A stretch of 57,380 nt of DNA, the filler included, from Dugesia japonica (lineage: Eukaryota): the NCBI GenBank assembly GCA_001938525.1. It is 5 parts of 5 records of this genome, joined end to end, with 100 filler letters (N's around TTAATTAATTAA, not from the genome) between each part and the next. Parts side by side here need not be neighbours in the genome. Positions count along the whole stretch, not along the records: positions 1 to 18,536 come from MQRL01519300.1; positions 18,637 to 28,401 come from MQRL01626997.1; 3 more parts are not named here. The stretch is one strand, 5' to 3'. The notes beneath the pieces are model-generated. The model had not been told where the DNA came from. It saw only the letters and a program-made list of their open reading frames with translations, and searched no databases. Within the stretch, counting starts at the first letter, position 1. Each line of letters opens with the position of its first letter. Both the position numbers and the translations under genes were made by a program. Below are positions 12,340-23,124 of the stretch, piece by piece.

Positions 12340-12700
12340 TTTTTTGTTTTATTTGTGTAATAAAGTCCTACTATTTATTTGTCAACATCACCAAACTACA
12401 ACCAATGGTTTACTCAAAAAATGTGGAGATTTTATGCTAGATAAAAAAAATCGACGTTTTTATATAATATAATAATCAATAACAAATATAAGGATTATAA
12501 AATTCGATAAGTTCTGAGAAAATTAAACTTATTCATTGACAAGAACTTTTGATGTAAATTTTTTTAATTAGTTTGAAAATTTCATTCATCTAGTTGACGA
12601 GAAGCATAAAAAATTCAAAGAATCAAACTCTCAGTGTTCTTAATGACAAACGAACTGTAACAAGTAAATATTTTGTAACAAATATAAAATTTTCATTTGT
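12340..12700 (+). pseudogene. Possible Penelope-like GIY-YIG endonuclease remnant
   Basis: Frameshifted fragments MVY.. CGDF.. NRRF and REA*KIQRIK resemble the PLE VY..C..C..FY.G.T.R and EA..I motifs; directly downstream of a hammerhead repeat. Confidence 0.4.
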
Positions 12701-13799
12701 CTCAGATAATTTCATAAATATACGTATAAAATTTCGGATAACTTTGAATTAAACAACAAAACTGTCAGTGTTAAAAAAATAATAATAAAATTAAATATTT
12801 TCAAAGATTTTTAAAAATAATATAGAACATATTAAAGCAGTAATTATTAACCTTTAAATTATATAAAGTGTAAATCAAACTATTTATTTCCTCAGCAATA
12901 TTGAACTGAAAAATATTTCAATCAATATCTATCTCTAATACGCATGATTTAATTCTTTTTATTTCAATGAAAATAAATTTAAATAAAATTTAAATATTCG
13001 ACGAATAGAAACAATATAATTTATTGATTAAATTTAGCATTAGATATATATATATATATATTAAAGAGAATGTATTGTTTTTCATTTGACAGGTGAAAAC
13101 CATTGGTGTTAATTATTAACTGAAATTTATAATTATTTCTCTAAGAAAATATTTTATTTGTTTTTCTTTTCAATGGTTCAAATTTTCTACATTAGCTTTT
13201 ACTAGGAACCATTTAAAAATTTATTTAACTAAAAATTTGCAAAGTCTTCTATGGTTTGTCATTAATTGTTATTTAGTTGTTGATCGACATATAAACTAAG
13301 TAGACTATATTAATGTTTATTATATATTACCTAATTGAATTTTTAAATTAATTATGAGTCAATTAAATGTATTAATTGATTTACACCCTTATTCCAAAAT
13401 TAGTAGAAATATTCCAAAAATTAGTAGAATTTTATGAAATTAGAAAATCCGTAAAAACAATGTATAAATGGCTGATTAAATATACAGCCTGTCATGAAAA
13501 GGCTGCGAAATTATTTTATAAGATGCAAAAGAAGTGAGTAAACTAGCTGAAAATCCGTAAAAAAATATTTCAATCTTAAACCAATCTTGTATTGAAAGAT
13601 AATATTTGATAAATAATTCAATCTGACTGTAGCATCTGACCAAAAGGTATTGGAGCTAAACTAGAGGCGAAAGGAATTAATATTTCTCAAAGCCCTATTT
13701 CAAAAGCGTTAAATAAGCAAAAGTTACAAGGAAATGATTACGAAGAAAATTGGTAAAAAATTACTTCTCTTGAAGTAATATCTTAACGTAAATCATTTA

Positions 13800-14051
13800 T
13801 TTAAAATAAAAGCTTCGATCAAAATTTTTGTTTTTTTTTACTGATATTTGATAACAATTCGATATTTCGACTTTGTCTTTTTCAGGAATTCAGAAAAGTC
13901 AATTCCTGAAGAAGACTAAGTCGAAATATCAAATTGTTATCAAATATCAATAAAANNNNNNNAAAATTTTGATCGAAGCTTTTATTTTAAATGAATTCTG
14001 TAAAACGATCAATGGTTATATCCAACAATTATTCTCACAATAATTGCAATT
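13800..14051 (+). mobile_element. Palindromic double-hammerhead insertion, copy D, inside a Tc1-like transposase
   Basis: 12-bp TSD GTAAATCATTTA (13788-13799, 14052-14063). Plus core CTGAAGA-A-GACTAAGTC-GAAATATC at 13906-13930. Confidence 0.88.
13900..13936 (+). ncRNA. Minimal type I hammerhead ribozyme (stem I first pair mismatched)
   Basis: CAATTC-CTGAAGA-A-GACTAAGTC-GAAA-TATC-AAATTG. Confidence 0.72.
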
Positions 14052-15769
14052 GTAAATCATTTACTCAAGAAATGAGTAAAATTAGAAATTCGAAAAATAT
14101 TATTTTTGAATGAGACTGGATTTAATCTCCATACCAAAAAAAATATGGTTAACAAAAAACGCAAACGCATTTGTTATGGTTCAGGAATATTACCGTCTTC
14201 TCCATATTATCTTCACCTGAATTAAACCATATAAAAATTGTTGTTTTTGAAATTTTCAGAAGATTTTGTTAAGTATTTAGAAATTAATGATTTCCCAATT
14301 TGGGTTATGGATAAGGTAAAATTTCATTATTTCAAGGAGATGAAAAGTTTAGCAGAGAGCAATATCATTCAATTAAGATATTTGTCGCTCTATTCACAGG
14401 ATTTAAATCCAATTGAAAACGTCTTTAGTACATTAAAACCAAGATATTATAATATTCATTCAACACCTGAAACGTATAAAGAATTCAAGTAAACAATTTT
14501 TAATGTAATTTCAAAAATGAATAGAAATGTAAATTATATTGCATTTTACGAGAATACGCAAGAATATCTCGATAGTACCTTTAATGGAGAATTGTTTTAA
14601 TTAATGTAAATCTTTGTTTATATTTTATTGCTTTTGAAATAGATATTTACATGTATTATGCCGTTTGTTTCTTATTTATAATTGACGTAATTTAGTTTGA
14701 CTTGAGTAGTTTTATAACATTTTCTACTAATTTTGGAATAAGGGTGCATAGTTTTTCATAAAAATTTAAAAAACTAATATTTTTGTAACTTTTCGCCATA
14801 GTACTCCAGGTTTAGATTACTTTATGTCTTTTATATCTTTTATGTCAACTAAATATATTAAATTAACTTAATAATAAATTAATGATATATATGCGTTTGA
14901 ATTTATGTATTAACACAATCACTTTCTAAAACATTTTGTAGTTAGAACTGCTGTCTAAAAATCAGATTCCATTAAAAGTCACATGCAAACATATCGATAA
15001 CTCAGTATTGTTTGACACTTTTTTGTGTTTAACACTAAGCATTTAAGAAACAAAACTTCAGCACATGCGCCACATTGCATAGCTTAGAATTTATTAGAAC
15101 AAAGCCGACATAAAGACGTTAAACCTAGTAAAAATTCTTTACATGACTGCAGAAATTGTACGACTCTGTATTTTTAAATAAAATAAAAAATAAAATAAAT
15201 ATTTAATAGTTGAAATTTGAGATCAAGATTAATCCTACTTAAAATACATTTCAATGAATTTCTCTTTGAAAATAGAATTGAAATTTTAATTCGCAAATTT
15301 TTTCTCAAGTGATATGTATACCTAATACTGAACATGAAATATTCTGTATATATTAAATATTATTATAAAGATACACATGCAATGCCAATAAATTTTAACA
15401 TATGTTTTTNAATACGCATTTTTCAATCAATTTTTGTCGTTTAAAAGGCTAGAATTTATTTCTGAAAAAACATTACGCAATAATAAGGAATTTTTGTATT
15501 TATCATAATATTGATTACTATTTCATTAGTTAACGAGCATTCTTAAATTACTTTAAATGAATTATTAATTAAATCCTTAATTAAATTTTAATATAATGAA
15601 AAATTATCGATTCAATCAATTAAATTAATTTAAATTATACTTATTACATTTTAATGCTAATTAAAAATTATTGACAAATTAGTATTCGTTAAAGCTTCTA
15701 AATTACTGTAAGTAATTGTTCATAATATCGATTGATTTTTAAAATGATTTATCAAAACAATATTAATGA

Positions 15770-15832
<63 letters not shown>

Positions 15833-16096
15833 NNNNNNNNNNNNNNNNNNNNNNNNNNNNNNNNNNNNNNNNNNNNNNNNNNNNNNNNNNNNNNNNNNNN
15901 NNNNNNNNNNNNNNNNNNNNNNNNNNNNNNNNNNNNNNNNNNNNNNNNNNNNNNNNNNNNNNNNNNNNNNNNNNNNNNNNNNNNNNNNNNNNNNNNNNNN
16001 NNNNNNNNNNNNNNNNNNNNNNNNNNNNNNNNNNNNNNNNNNNNNNNNNNNNNNNNNNNNNNNNNNNNNNNNNNNNNNNNNNNNNNNNNNNNNNNN

Positions 16097-16275
16097 CAAA
16101 TTTGTTTTTGATAATAATTCTAATTTTCGACTTTGCCTTCGTCAGGAATTGAAAAGTCAATTTCTGATGAAGGCAAAGTCGAAAATAAGAATTATTATCA
16201 AAAACAAAAAAAAACAAATTTTGATCGAAGCCTTTATTTTAATGAATTCTGAAAAACGATCAATGGTTATGTTCA
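16097..16275 (+). mobile_element. Palindromic double-hammerhead insertion, copy E (left end in gap)
   Basis: Minus core CTGACGA-A-GGCAAAGTC-GAAA-ATTA and plus core CTGATGA-A-GGCAAAGTC-GAAA, followed by the gatc stem and ATGGTTA tail. Confidence 0.82.
16115..16151 (-). ncRNA. Minimal type I hammerhead ribozyme
   Basis: AATTC-CTGACGA-A-GGC-AAA-GTC-GAAA-ATTA-GAATT, with an AATT stem III palindrome. Confidence 0.75.
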
Positions 16276-16788
16276 ATCCAAGAAACAACCAAGAATAGGT
16301 TCAATAAATTTAATGTTATAATTACTAACTAATAAAAATAAGATTTCTGAAAATTGTGTTTGCATTTGAAAAATTTTAACAAAATTTATTGAAAAATGAT
16401 TCGTGAAGAAAGCATGACCGAAATATTGAACAATTTATAAAATATAAGAACAGCAATTTCGATCTTGCTGGTGAAAAATTTTAAATAAAAAATTGTTTCA
16501 TCAAAATTATTTACTTGCATAAAAATTAAGAAATTTACACAGTTTTNNNNNNNNNNNNNNNNNNNNNNNNNNNNNNNNNNGACGACAAGGAAATAGTTAC
16601 AGGTATTCTCAAAGGTTTTTATAGTTGATTTGCTAGAGATTATTGTAAATATTGTTCGTGGTAATGTAATTAGAAGCAAAAAGAGAAAATTAGCATTACA
16701 ACATCATAAAAGGTAGTTGGATTTACCATTGGATTTACAATTATTCTCGCAATAATTGCAATTATAAAATAATTATTATTAATATTAA

Positions 16789-16825
<37 letters not shown>

Positions 16826-17814
16826 GAACAATTTATTTTATATTTAAAAAATTCCAGCTCCAATTAATTAATTTCATTTTAAAATAATTTTTCGAACTAA
16901 GGTAAAAAAAATGAAAATGTCATATTATTAAAATTAACAATAAAATATTTATAAAATACTGTAAATTCAATCAATATTATTAATAATACAATAGAAAATA
17001 TTATCGACAAATTAATATTCGTTAATGTTTCTAAATTACTGTGAAGTAATTGTTCAGTGTATTGAATCTATTTTTATTGTTTAAGATTATTAAGAAACCA
17101 GTTAAATAGAAAATATACGAAATAATAAGAAATTATTTTATTAATTGTATCGATAAAATAAAATCAATTAATTAAAAATATAGTAAAAATAAAAAATCCA
17201 ATTTTTACAATTTCTTTCGTAAAATGATCCATTATTTCCATAATCAATAACACACATAATTAATAACAAATGATCATAATAGAATGAACCCTGCAATCAA
17301 CAGACTAATATTTATTATCCTCGACAAATTCGTATTGAAGATTCCAACCTCTATAGAAAAATACATAATAGAAATATTTGCATCGAAACAGATTTACAAA
17401 AAGGAAACATTCATCAAACGCAAAAAACTCAGTAAATAAATGTTTTCTTTGTTGAATATCAAAAAATGGATTTGTTTATGGATTTTGATTAATGTTTAAT
17501 TAGGATTATTTCCGAGCTTATTCTACTCAGGTTCTATTTTATTTTTTTTTGTTTGGTTTATATTCAATACTTTTCATTAAATTTGGTAATAATCTTTATT
17601 TAAAAATGCGATAGCAATTATTATAAAATAACAATTTGGTTTTTTAATGAGAATCAACATAATAAAATTAATTTACTGATATATTGATCAATATATTTAC
17701 AAGATACTAATTACAGAATTTTTCACATAAATTAACTATTTTTTGAAATAAAATAAAATATTTTATCAAATGATAAATCTATTTTGTCAAATTAACTGTT
17801 AGAATAATAAATAT

Positions 17815-18250
17815 ACCATGAAAATCCATAAACCATGAATCAATTTTAAATTTAAATTGTGGGCTGTACAATATAAATCAACATAAGAAACAACTATCTG
17901 ATGAAACAAGGAATAAAAAATTAAATTAAAATACGAATCGGGAATGTAATATCTAGATATTAACAAGAACACTGAAGTAAAATATTAAACTGTTAGGAAT
18001 GTAATAAACATGTTTAAGAAGTTTGCAAAAATTTAATTCTATTAAAAAACGAACACAAAAAGTCTAAATAAATTACTGCAGACATTGAGAATTTTATAAA
18101 AACAAAAATCAGTGAAGATTGTTCAATTACTAAAAATCAATGAAATCTTTAATATACATTCAAAAATAAATCAGAGTTTCATTTTCAACAATCAAAATGG
18201 TGATAGAGTTTTTTATTTGACAAAATAATTTTTTTTTATGGATTTTTTAT
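17815..18250 (+). mobile_element. Internally deleted Tc1/IS630-like element
   Basis: HTH-like fragments QLSDETRN, TVRNVINMFKKF, KISEDCSIT; short inverted motif aaaatccataaa / tttatggatttt. Confidence 0.5.
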
Positions 18251-18263
18251 TTGATTAAATATT

Positions 18264-18412
18264 TTTATAATTACAATTATTGTGGGAATAATTGTTGGAC
18301 TTAACCATTGATCGCATTTGAGATTTCATTAAAATAAATAAAAGCTTCGATCAAAATAAAATTTATTTGTAAAAAAGTTCAAATTTTCGACAATAGTCTT
18401 CTTCAGGAACAT
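18264..18412 (-). mobile_element. Single-arm hammerhead element, copy F
   Basis: Minus strand gttc-CTGAAGA-A-GAC-TATT-GTC-GAAA-ATTT-gaac (18410-18377), then ttgatcg...cgatcaATGGTTA...caattattcccacaataattg. Confidence 0.8.
18377..18410 (-). ncRNA. Minimal type I hammerhead ribozyme
   Basis: Stem I GTTC/GAAC, CTGAAGA-A, stem II GAC-TATT-GTC, GAAA, palindromic AATT stem III, U17. Confidence 0.78.
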
Positions 18413-18536
18413 GTTGGCTTCTTGAGATATTCAATACAATAGATCTTTGTTACTAAATTCTCTAAATTTTATCGAAATTTTATTGGTTTATTTTTTTTAA
18501 CTTTTAATTTTAATGATTTTAATTTTTATTTTTAAA

Positions 18537-18636
18537 NNNNNNNNNNNNNNNNNNNNNNNNNNNNNNNNNNNNNNNNNNNNTTAATTAATTAANNNNNNNN
18601 NNNNNNNNNNNNNNNNNNNNNNNNNNNNNNNNNNNN
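18537..18636. other. Artificial contig spacer N-TTAATTAATTAA-N (also 28402-28501, 36815-36914, 46642-46741)
   Basis: The same 12-mer, with stops in all six frames, is centred in ~100-nt N blocks four times. Confidence 0.9.
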
Positions 18637-21379
18637 TAACAAATTATTAATTAAATTATTATATTTAATGTATGATGGGAAATATTAAACAAACTTATCA
18701 ATTAAAAATCTAATGAACTGCAGATTTTGTCGTAATTTATCGAAAAAAAANNNNNNNNNNNNNNNNNNNNAGAATAAAAATAATTCCTTAATTAAAATCT
18801 TACCTTGTTATCATAAACCTAAAGCATTAAAAGCATAATTTTCCATCAATCGAAATGTTACAATGATAGTTGAAATATTACAACATCATCAATTCGATCT
18901 ATCCAATCAGATTGAATTTAACAATTTATTGTTATTATTATATACAATAAACTAAAATTAATTATTTTGCTTGTTTTAATCAGACTTTTTCGTTTCAATT
19001 ATTTGATTAAAATTAAACAAATCTTATTTTCTTCAAATGAGACGTCTTTCATTTTTATCGTATAATAATGTCTATAATTAATAATTGCATTTTATTGTTA
19101 ATTTATATTTATTAATAAATTGTAGATTATTCATTGTGAAATAAGAAATTATATTATTGATATTATATATTTTAATTCAATTGTAAAACATTATAATTAT
19201 ATTAATAACAGTTTTTTCTTTTTTTCAAAATATTATATTTGTAATCATAAAATTATTGGAAAATATAAATAATCAATATAAACAAAATAGTATAATTATT
19301 GTTAGGTAGATCTTCAATTGTTAATTCATTTTGTAAATCAGAATTCATATTGTTAGACATTTATTATTTTACTACTNNNNNNTATATTTCATAAGATAAA
19401 TAATTATGAAATACAAGTATTTGAATATTAATATTTAGATATCTCAATTCCTATTGGGTGAGATTATTAATTAATAATTATTTCCTTATAATTATGAAAG
19501 TGGATTAAAACTTTTTCATAATAAAACAAAGTATAATTTAATTAATGTTTATTTTAAATATTTTATTCATTATTAAATAAAATAAAAGTTTTCGTTAATT
19601 TTATTAATTTAAATTAATTATTTATTTCATTAAAATAAAGCAATAGGTTCGATTGCTTGTATGTGTTAAATTTCTCTCAAATAATCTAAAATTAAATATT
19701 AGATGCTATCACAAAGATATAAATATTAGAGTCTTCCCTGAGAAACATTTGAATTTGAATACTCAGCCGTGTGAACATTACAGTGAGTAGATAGATATAT
19801 CCACGGTGTCCTTTAATATTCATCCATGGGTAGAAAATATTTTGATGCTTAAATTTCATTTTAATTAAATTTTATGTATGTTGATTAGGTAATAATATCG
19901 TCATCGCCATGCAATGATTAAGTAATCATTATGTAATAATTACTTTTCTTTTAGTTAATGAATTTTTATGACTTTTTGTTTAAATTGATTGAATTAGTTT
20001 TTAAATTTTCTATTGAATTAAGTGGAGATTTTTACTTTTTGTTTACATTAAGTGAAAATAATGATTCTTTTTGTTTAAATTAAGCAATATCAATGATATT
20101 TTGTATAAATTAGGGGAATTAACGATTTTTTTTAAAGTAAATTAAGGTTGTAAACTATGAGATGTCTATTGGTTCGCACTCTTGACTCCACTTGTAAGAA
20201 GATGCTCTTCACTCATACTATTAGATGCTTCAGCATTAGATGATTTTTAGCTTATTAATAATAGCTACTTATCCGAGAAAACGGTTGCTCTCCCGAGAAG
20301 AACATTGTTAATATCTAGGTTTAAGTAAAATTATTTTTTTTCATAGTTTTATTAATGATGATAATTAATGATAATTTTATTTGTATTCTAAGTAAAACTA
20401 TTATCAATAATATCATTAAACATTATTTTCATACATTGTTTCAATAACAGTTTTGTTTTCATTCTATAACATTACATTACCCCTTCCTACATGTACACTT
20501 CGACGAAGCGTATCCACCAGGGAATGTAGTTTTAACTTGATTACATTATGTTTATATCTTGTAGCAATGCTTTCAAGCGTCTATACATTTCTACAACTGT
20601 CTAAAATTTATAAGAAAAAAACAGTTAGTCATCAACGTCATTATTTGGCTAGATGCAGATCTCTAAAATGGTCAAGAATTTAAGGTAATCTGTTATCAAT
20701 TCCTTGCATGATATTAAAAACATCTTTAAATTCATCACTTATTATAATTGACATTAAATAGTTCAAGTCGTAGGCATTAAATAATTCATCAATAACATTA
20801 AATAAATTCATAAACATTTTTAAATAAAACGTTATAAATAATTATTTAAGATAAACATTACAAATAAAAATTAATTTTTTTATAATAAAATTATATCCCA
20901 TTGACATATCATTTGTATAATAATATATTTTATTACACATTTATATTGTTATCCATGTTAAATTTATCATAAATTTCTAAATAAAAAAATATATTAATTT
21001 AAATTTATTAATAAATTAAACTCTTGTTTATTTGAAAAAGTGATGAAATAAAATGTACATTTTACTTATATAGATAGCTGATGCACCAATTGTTTCATTC
21101 CGGGCATATAAAATTAATATGATAAAACAAAATTGTTTAATAATAATAAATAGTTTTCTGACATATTTTAATTAATATGACCAAACAAAAATTGATTTTA
21201 AAAACATATTAATTATAATTTGATAATTTTAAAAACATGTTAATTATAGATTAATTAATTATAAACTTATTAGTTTTAAACTGATAAATCTTAAATAATG
21301 TGAATTTCAAGCTTTTAAAATTTAATTTGTATTAATTTAAAGCCATTAAATTGATTCTTAATGAAACTATAATTTTCCA

Positions 21380-22180
21380 TGACAAATTTATTATTTTCCA
21401 TCATAAAGTGTTTATTTTATGTAATGAATCCTATATTTTACATGCTGATTTAGAAATTTAATGTGTTGTCTGTGCGTTTTGTGTGATGAAATGCAATTTT
21501 AGTGTGATGGGTTATAATTTTTATATATATTAACTTAAAGACCTTACATTTTGAGTGATAATTTTACGTTTTAACTTAGAATTATATGTGACGGAAAATA
21601 ATTTGAATCCAATTAAATATATTTTTAGTGTGATGGATTATAATCTTTAAGTAATTTTTGATTTATGGAATATACTTGTTTGTGTGAATTAAAAATATTA
21701 TGTGTTGACTAAGAAATTTTATTGACTTCTTTGTANTTTATGAAAATGTTTAATGACTTCTTTGTAATCTTTGAAAACTTCAATGAAATTTATTATAATT
21801 TTTAATGACTTCTATGTAAGTTTAGTGCGATTGATTATAATTTTATGTGTTTGCTTAAAAATGTTATTTGTAAACTTTTAACTTTGTGTTATTGAATACA
21901 ATTATAATGTGATGAACTAAAGTTTTTATGTGTTGACTTAAAGGTTATACACGTAATTGTTAATATTTATGTGTTGGCTTAGAAATTGGTCTGATGGAAT
22001 GTAATTTAGTGTATAAAATGTGATTTTAGTGTTATGGATTACAATTTTAATATGTTTAATTGAAATTAAAATGTTAGAAGTTTTAATTTTCATATAGTGG
22101 CTTATAATTTTATGTGTACGACTTATGGAAATTTGATTATATTTGTATGATAGTATGGAATTTATATGTCTTAGTGAAAA
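21380..22180. repeat. Degenerate ~20-nt tandem repeat array
   Basis: Recurrent aatttta(t/g)gtg(t/a)tg at about 20-nt period. Confidence 0.6.
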
Positions 22181-22499
22181 TATAATTATAAAATCCTATA
22201 AGAACTATAGAAAATCCTTAAATTCTATACTTAAAGACTTATTTGTCCACAATATTAATGTTCCCCAGATAATATAAATGCCAAAATATTTTTCCTGGCA
22301 ATATTAATATTAATGTTAAAATCCTCCGGGTAATATTAATGTAAATATTTGTAGGGCTGTATTAGAATCATATTGTTCTCAAATAATGTTAGAAATAATG
22401 AGGCGTTTTAAAAGAATTTTTTAAAAAGATGATGGTTTAAGTGAAAAATCTCTCTCAAGTAAAGCTTATTTTTTAGGCTCATTATTTTTATGTAAAATA

Positions 22500-22915
22500 G
22501 TTTGTAAAGATTAGGATATGAAATTTCATAGTTTAGATAAAGGTGTGAAAGTTCACGTCAAAGATGTGAAAATTTACAGTTTATATTAAGGTGTGAAAAT
22601 TCACGTCTTATAAGTAAAAATTTAAATAATAATAACAATAATAATATTTTTGAAGTGTGAAATTTCACACGTCAATAAAAACTAGAGAAAATGATGTTCA
22701 ATTTTTGAATTAAATTGTAAAAATTCTCATTTAGGCTCGTCATTTACTGTGAATTAATTAAAAGTTTTGTAAAGTTTAGGATGTGAAAGTTAACAAATTT
22801 TTTATTAAGATGTGAAGTTCACACCTAATAAAAAACATTTTAATAATAAAAATAATGTGTGAAAATCTTTTCGCCAAAATATAAAATATTGGTGTTAAAA
22901 GTTACACCTATAAAA
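22500..22915. repeat. Degenerate repeats of a quasi-palindromic GTGTGAAA(A)TTCAC motif; they resume at 25360-25485
   Basis: gtgtgaaagttcac, gtgtgaaaattcac, gtgtgaaatttcacac, gtgtgaaattcacac. Confidence 0.6.
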
Positions 22916-22932
22916 TTATTTAAATAAAATTG

Positions 22933-22999
<67 letters not shown>

Positions 23000-23049
23000 N
23001 NNNNNNNNNNNNNNNNNNNNNNNNNNNNNNNNNNNNNNNNNNNNNNNNN

Positions 23050-23084
<35 letters not shown>

Positions 23085-23124
23085 TATAATTATAATTATA
23101 ATTATAATTATAATTATAATAATG

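Larger units (their letters stand above)
13384..14746 (+). mobile_element. IS630/Tc1-like transposon, full length, pseudogenised
   Basis: 26-bp TIR CACCCTTATTCCAAAATTAGTAGAAA at both ends, TA on the left. Transposase motifs F(L)NETGFNLH, VMDK..FH, YLSLYSQDLNPIENVFS.LK. Confidence 0.9.

Noticed and set aside
4241-18536. Upstream TDG exon encoding GINPG...GNHF
   Set aside because: Not found by eye; probably in a gap or on another contig. The downstream MPSSS exon and the BTBD PHR exons were also not found.
18581-18592. Recurrent TTAATTAATTAA palindrome between N runs
   Set aside because: Identical context four times; an artificial six-frame-stop contig spacer. Adjacency across these spacers is not evidence of linkage.
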